Source: a virus. Taken from it: a DNA stretch of 42,960 nucleotides. Each line of letters opens with the position of its first letter. The first letter of the stretch is position 1. The notes beneath the pieces are model-generated. The model was given only the letters and a program-made list of their open reading frames with translations, did not search any database and was not told the origin of the DNA. This document shows, one piece after another, positions 39,968 to 42,960 of this stretch. Made by a program: the position numbers and the translations under genes. The DNA lies in IMG/VR virus record IMGVR_UViG_3300029578_000023, positions 1-42,960 of that record; one strand, written 5' to 3'.

Positions 39968-40418
39968 GGCGTACCATCTTTCTCTTCACCCACGCCCACA
40001 GGTTACGCCACGGGTGGGCTTCTGCGTAATTGGCGCGCTGCTCGGCGTTGTATCGCCTGTTACGCATTACATTAAGGACCTCTTGCTTAAAAGCGCACTC
40101 ATCGTTCGCCCGCCCAAGCGCCGCCTCGGTGTCAGCGAGCTTATTTCGCAGCGCATCTGCGTCCGCTTTCAGGCTCGCGATTACGTTCTCGCGGGTGATG
40201 GCCTCGCCGTTCATCTGGTCGATCTGCTCGGTCAAGACGACGTTCTTTCGCTGCATCTCCGCCTTTAGGTTCGCATACTCGGCAATCAGATCGTTCTTCT
40301 TGTCGATGCAGTTTTTCAGCGCGGCGATCTCTGCTTCAAGCGCCGCAGTCTTCTCCTGCGCGTCCTCCATCATCTTCGCCATCTGTTCTTTGGTGTACTT
40401 CTTTACGTTGATGCTCAT
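39960..40418 (-). CDS. Hypothetical coiled-coil protein
   Basis: 152 aa. GGGAGGAG RBS. Confidence 0.55.
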   Translation of the reverse strand: MSINVKKYTKEQMAKMMEDAQEKTAALEAEIAALKNCIDKKNDLIAEYANLKAEMQRKNVVLTEQIDQMNGEAITRENVIASLKADADALRNKLADTEAALGRANDECAFKQEVLNVMRNRRYNAEQRANYAEAHPWRNLWAWVKRKMVRHE

Positions 40419-40517
40419 AGCTTGGCTCCTCCCATTTTCATTTGTTCCCCGCGTCCCCGGTCGCTCACGATGCTCACGACCTTTCGGAGGCGGGGACGTT
40501 GGCTTTAATCGTGATCG

Positions 40518-40925
40518 TCAGCATATACGTACGACCTTCTTGCCGTCCATCTTCACGCCGCAGTTGGGGCAGTACGGCTTGCGATAAGTTCGTTCTCTGC
40601 CGCTGTCGCAGATAGCAACAACCTCACCACAGTTTGTGCAATACCAATCGCCATCCGCATCTTGTTCCCACCGACCATGCACCACCGGGGCAACATCGGC
40701 GGCGGGAGCATCTTCAATTTCAAACTCATCTGAGAGCCGCTTAAATACGTACTCAAGGCAATATGAACCGAACCCAACGTGATAATCTTGATCTACCGGG
40801 TCAAAATACAAGATGTTGAAATACGGCCTGTCAGGCGTCCCTGAAACAAAAATTTTTGCAAAGCTGGTCTTTATTTTGTTCTTGTGGGTGCAAACATCTG
40901 CACTCTGCATTTCTTTTTCAGCCAT
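40518..40925 (-). CDS. Hypothetical protein with C-terminal zinc ribbon
   Basis: 135 aa from MAEKEMQ. CTNCG ... CPNCG. AGGAGGG RBS. Confidence 0.55.
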   Translation of the reverse strand: MAEKEMQSADVCTHKNKIKTSFAKIFVSGTPDRPYFNILYFDPVDQDYHVGFGSYCLEYVFKRLSDEFEIEDAPAADVAPVVHGRWEQDADGDWYCTNCGEVVAICDSGRERTYRKPYCPNCGVKMDGKKVVRIC

Positions 40926-40954
40926 TGTCAGCCCTCCTGTTCGGCGAACACCCG

Positions 40955-41281
40955 CTAACCCACCTTGCACGGCAGCACCACCACGCGTCCATCCTTGTCG
41001 GCCTCGTCCAGCTCACGCAGACGGTCATCCAGCAGCCAGTTTTTCACATACTCCCAACTGCAATTATAATCAATTCCAACATCCATCAGGATATTAGACA
41101 TTCGTTTAGACTCTTCCGGCGTCAGCCCCGTTTCCTCGTAGGCTGCAAGACGCTCCACACACGTCTGTCTGTACGCGCTTTTTGCCACACGGTCATTGCA
41201 ATCATTGCCACTGTAACAACCTGCCGGATAATTGTAATCCGCTGCGCCGCTTGCGAGATATTTTGTCAATCTCTCCATCAC
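40955..41281 (-). CDS. Hypothetical protein
   Basis: 108 aa. CVERLAAYEETGLTPEE. Confidence 0.5.
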   Translation of the reverse strand: MMERLTKYLASGAADYNYPAGCYSGNDCNDRVAKSAYRQTCVERLAAYEETGLTPEESKRMSNILMDVGIDYNCSWEYVKNWLLDDRLRELDEADKDGRVVVLPCKVG

Positions 41282-42003
41282 TCCACCTCCTGCATCTTAC
41301 TAATCACTTTTCGGATCACGTCGCCACCGTAAGCGTCTTTTGTCAGCTCCAAAAATTCCGTCAGCGTCATCATGCCGTGCTCGAGGTCGACGCCGTAGTC
41401 TCGGGCAAACTGCTTTCGCCCCATGTCACACGATCCGGTCAAGCGATGATGCCAGTCGTAAAAATACTGCGTCGGATACGTTTTTTCACGGTCTGTCTCT
41501 CGCAGGAACGCATCTATACGCTCGTCTTCCGGCATATCCTCGAAAAGCTTGTCTCGCAACGCCTCCATTGCTTCGCGCAGCGTTTCGCCATGCGCGAAAA
41601 TGTTGTCCTGCTTGACGATGTAGCACGGTGTAAGCGTCAAATCACCGTTCAAGATTGCCCCGTGCGCAGTGTTGCCGCGCACGGAACGAATCAGCGTATT
41701 GACACCGTCAATTCGATAAACCGTTTTCCGGTTGAAACTCTTAATTCCGGAGCCGTCGCCGGAGCCGTAGCCGTCGCCGGAGCCGTCGCCGTCGCCGGAG
41801 CCGTAGCCGGAGCCGTAGCCGTAGCCGTCGCCGGAGCCGTCGCCGTAGCCGTAGCCGTAGCCGTCGCCGTCGCCGGAGCCGTAGCCGGAGCCGTAGCCGT
41901 AGCCGTCGCCGGAGCCGTAGCCGTAGCCGTAGCCGTCGCCGTCGCCGGAGCCGTCGCCGGAGCTCACAGGCAAAAAGGCTTTAATCTTCTCGTCAAGCGT
42001 CAT
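41278..42003 (-). CDS. Protein with 72-aa (G-Y/D/S) dipeptide repeat and conserved C-terminal domain
   Basis: 241 aa from MTLDEKIKAF (AAGGAG RBS, ATGA overlap). The annotated longer start was rejected. Confidence 0.65.
   Translation of the reverse strand: MTLDEKIKAFLPVSSGDGSGDGDGYGYGYGSGDGYGYGSGYGSGDGDGYGYGYGDGSGDGYGYGSGYGSGDGDGSGDGYGSGDGSGIKSFNRKTVYRIDGVNTLIRSVRGNTAHGAILNGDLTLTPCYIVKQDNIFAHGETLREAMEALRDKLFEDMPEDERIDAFLRETDREKTYPTQYFYDWHHRLTGSCDMGRKQFARDYGVDLEHGMMTLTEFLELTKDAYGGDVIRKVISKMQEVE
41747..41963. repeat. ~36 tandem hexanucleotides (gccgta/gccgga/gccgtc)
   Basis: Read directly. Encodes SGDGSGDGDGYGYGYGSGDGYGYGSGYGSGDGDG ... on the minus strand. Confidence 0.95.
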
Positions 42004-42290
42004 CTCTTCCACTCCTTTACGCCTCGAAGAGACGCAGATGCCGTGTCTGTGCACGGGATGATCTGGATCGCACCAAGCACGGTCATTTCCGGAATCGTCA
42101 CGGTAAAACGGCAGTTGCCCGGTGCTTTTGTACCGTCCTGCGCCAACTGCTCCACGGCACACGCGCCGTCCCAACTCCACAGCTTACGAACATCGGTCAT
42201 GGTAACCTCGGAGCCGTTTCGCTCCTTGATCTTGCCGAAAAACACGCCTGCGCGGTCGCAGCGAACGATATAGTCCTGATTGTTGTTCAT
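42000..42290 (-). CDS. Conserved small phage protein of unknown function
   Basis: 96 aa. IVRCDRAGVFFGKIKERNGSEVTMTDVRKLWSWDGA. AGGAGG RBS. Confidence 0.6.
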   Translation of the reverse strand: MNNNQDYIVRCDRAGVFFGKIKERNGSEVTMTDVRKLWSWDGACAVEQLAQDGTKAPGNCRFTVTIPEMTVLGAIQIIPCTDTASASLRGVKEWKR

Positions 42291-42328
42291 GATAAAAATT
42301 CCTCCTGATTTTTTTAAAATTTAAAGCT

Positions 42329-42496
42329 CTATCTGAGCCTGATTCCGTTTACCTCCGCCTCCGCCGTAAAGTAACGGTGGTGCTCGTTGATGTAGACGAT
42401 ACGACCGTGTACGGTTCTCAATTTTTCAAATCCGCAGATGCCGCTCGCGCCCTCAAAGGCTGCAGGCTTCCAGCTAAATGGTTCTCCGATGTACAT
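42329..42496 (-). CDS. Hypothetical 55-aa protein
   Basis: AAGGAGG RBS. MYIGEPFSWKPAAFEGASGICGFEKLRTVHGRIVYINEHHRYF. Not in the ORF track because it is under 60 aa. Confidence 0.4.
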   Translation of the reverse strand: MYIGEPFSWKPAAFEGASGICGFEKLRTVHGRIVYINEHHRYFTAEAEVNGIRLR

Positions 42497-42498
42497 AG

Positions 42499-42771
42499 TC
42501 AGGCCTCCTTTTTCCGTTTCTTCCAGCCGTCACATGGCACGTCGGAATCAGGCGGCGTGAATACCGGGTAGCCTTTGCCCATGCCCCAGTTGTAGTCTTT
42601 GTCTCCATAACGGAAGCAATAGCCATAGATGACGGCCTCGTCGCTGCGAACGAACGGCTCTCTCAGTGCAGCGTAGCTCCGACACGTCTCGCAGCTATGT
42701 ACTGCTCCCTCGTGAGCCTCTGCCCAAAGCTTCGTTTGCTCTTCCGTGGTCACGTCAAGGATTTTTCCCAT
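42499..42771 (-). CDS. Hypothetical Cys-containing protein
   Basis: 90 aa. Its ATG shares one base with the methyltransferase stop. Confidence 0.55.
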   Translation of the reverse strand: MGKILDVTTEEQTKLWAEAHEGAVHSCETCRSYAALREPFVRSDEAVIYGYCFRYGDKDYNWGMGKGYPVFTPPDSDVPCDGWKKRKKEA

Positions 42772-42960
42772 TATGCGTCCTCCCCAAATCTCAATTTTGT
42801 TACGGCAATGGGGAACTCTTCAATCTCGCTTGCCCAGCGTGCCGTGCCCTTGCCGTTGTGCCGCTCAAATACCAGTGGGAACCCGCCGATGCCGTCGAAC
42901 AGGCTCCCCATCGTAACAGGACGCAAATATTGCGCACTGATACGCTTTGCCAGGAAGTCC
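42771..42960 (-). CDS. 3' end of the methyltransferase reading frame (motifs I and II, stop)
   Basis: Same frame as 1-830 after the wrap (42864 is divisible by 3). LFDGIGGFPLVFERHNGKGTARWASEIEEFPIAVTKLRFGEDA, then TAA at 42771-42773. Confidence 0.8.
   Translation of the reverse strand, partial: DFLAKRISAQYLRPVTMGSLFDGIGGFPLVFERHNGKGTARWASEIEEFPIAVTKLRFGEDA
42865..42960. repeat. Terminal direct repeat, copy 2
   Basis: Identical to 1-96. Confidence 0.98.

Larger units (their letters stand above)
1..42960. mobile_element. Complete temperate siphovirus-type phage genome (circular unit 42,864 bp plus 96-bp overlap)
   Basis: Identical 96-bp ends. Full set of terminase, portal, capsid, tail, tape measure, lysis, replication and integrase genes within one unit. 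Confidence 0.9.

Noticed and set aside
41747-41963. CRISPR-like or other repeat array.
   Set aside because: The units are 6 bp with no spacers and are in frame within a protein. The motif array at 8304-8838 likewise has 12-nt degenerate repeats with irregular spacing. No cas genes are present anywhere.
41278-42180. 300-aa version of the GY-repeat protein, and similar long N-terminal extensions (1874-2488, 2888-3472, 4919-5407, 14440-14979, 40518-40970, 34375-35058).
   Set aside because: The extensions overlap the upstream gene by 40-180 nt and are Arg-rich. An internal ATG with a strong RBS and a stop-start overlap gives the sensible protein.

Overview
The window is one complete, circularly closed phage genome. 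Positions 1-96 and 42865-42960 are identical, so the unit length is 42,864 bp. It looks like a temperate siphovirus-type dsDNA phage. The gene content resembles GC-rich Firmicutes/Clostridia phages; this is inference from protein families recalled from memory, and no searches were run. About 80 genes are present, almost all on the minus strand.

Reading along the minus strand from 10064:
- Early genes: cro-like HTH, a membrane protein, a conserved 197-aa protein, and a 535-bp non-coding repeat region.
- Recombination and replication: DUF1351-like, an annealing protein, an MBL hydrolase, SSB, a replisome organizer with internal iterons, a DnaC-like loader, a short beta-clamp-like protein and DUF1064.
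- An HTH protein plus a C5 DNA methyltransferase that runs across the circular junction.
- About 9 small ORFs, a late activator, and a 565-bp structured non-coding region.
- Structural genes: terS, terL, portal, two MGGRG-headed proteins, DUF4417, MuF-like, scaffold, capsid-Ig, connectors, major tail, chaperones, tape measure, tail tip and collagen-like fibres.
- Lysis: XhlA-like, small TM proteins and a CHAP endolysin.
- A sigma-r4-like HTH and a 10-gene accessory operon of low-complexity proteins.

The plus strand carries the lysogeny block at 10101-13671. It holds a strong promoter, a coiled-coil Mrr-like nuclease, an XRE HTH, a membrane-anchored HTH and a large serine integrase. A single reverse-oriented membrane moron (27282-27920) sits inside the tail module.

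Most interesting observations:
1. The uncharacterised accessory operon at 13745-17280, made of Q/P/Y/G/C-rich proteins that look like surface or spore-coat proteins, with its own regulator and a terminator-gated leader.
2. A C5 methyltransferase whose motif order is circularly permuted (IV-VI-VIII-TRD-IX-X-I-II) and which is interrupted at a G8 tract.
3. A prophage-expressed coiled-coil Mrr-like nuclease, a candidate defence gene.
4. Two large structured or repeat-bearing non-coding regions (8304-8838 and 39091-39655).
5. Toxin-like cargo genes between portal and MuF.

No rRNA, convincing tRNA, CRISPR array, reverse transcriptase or transposase was seen.
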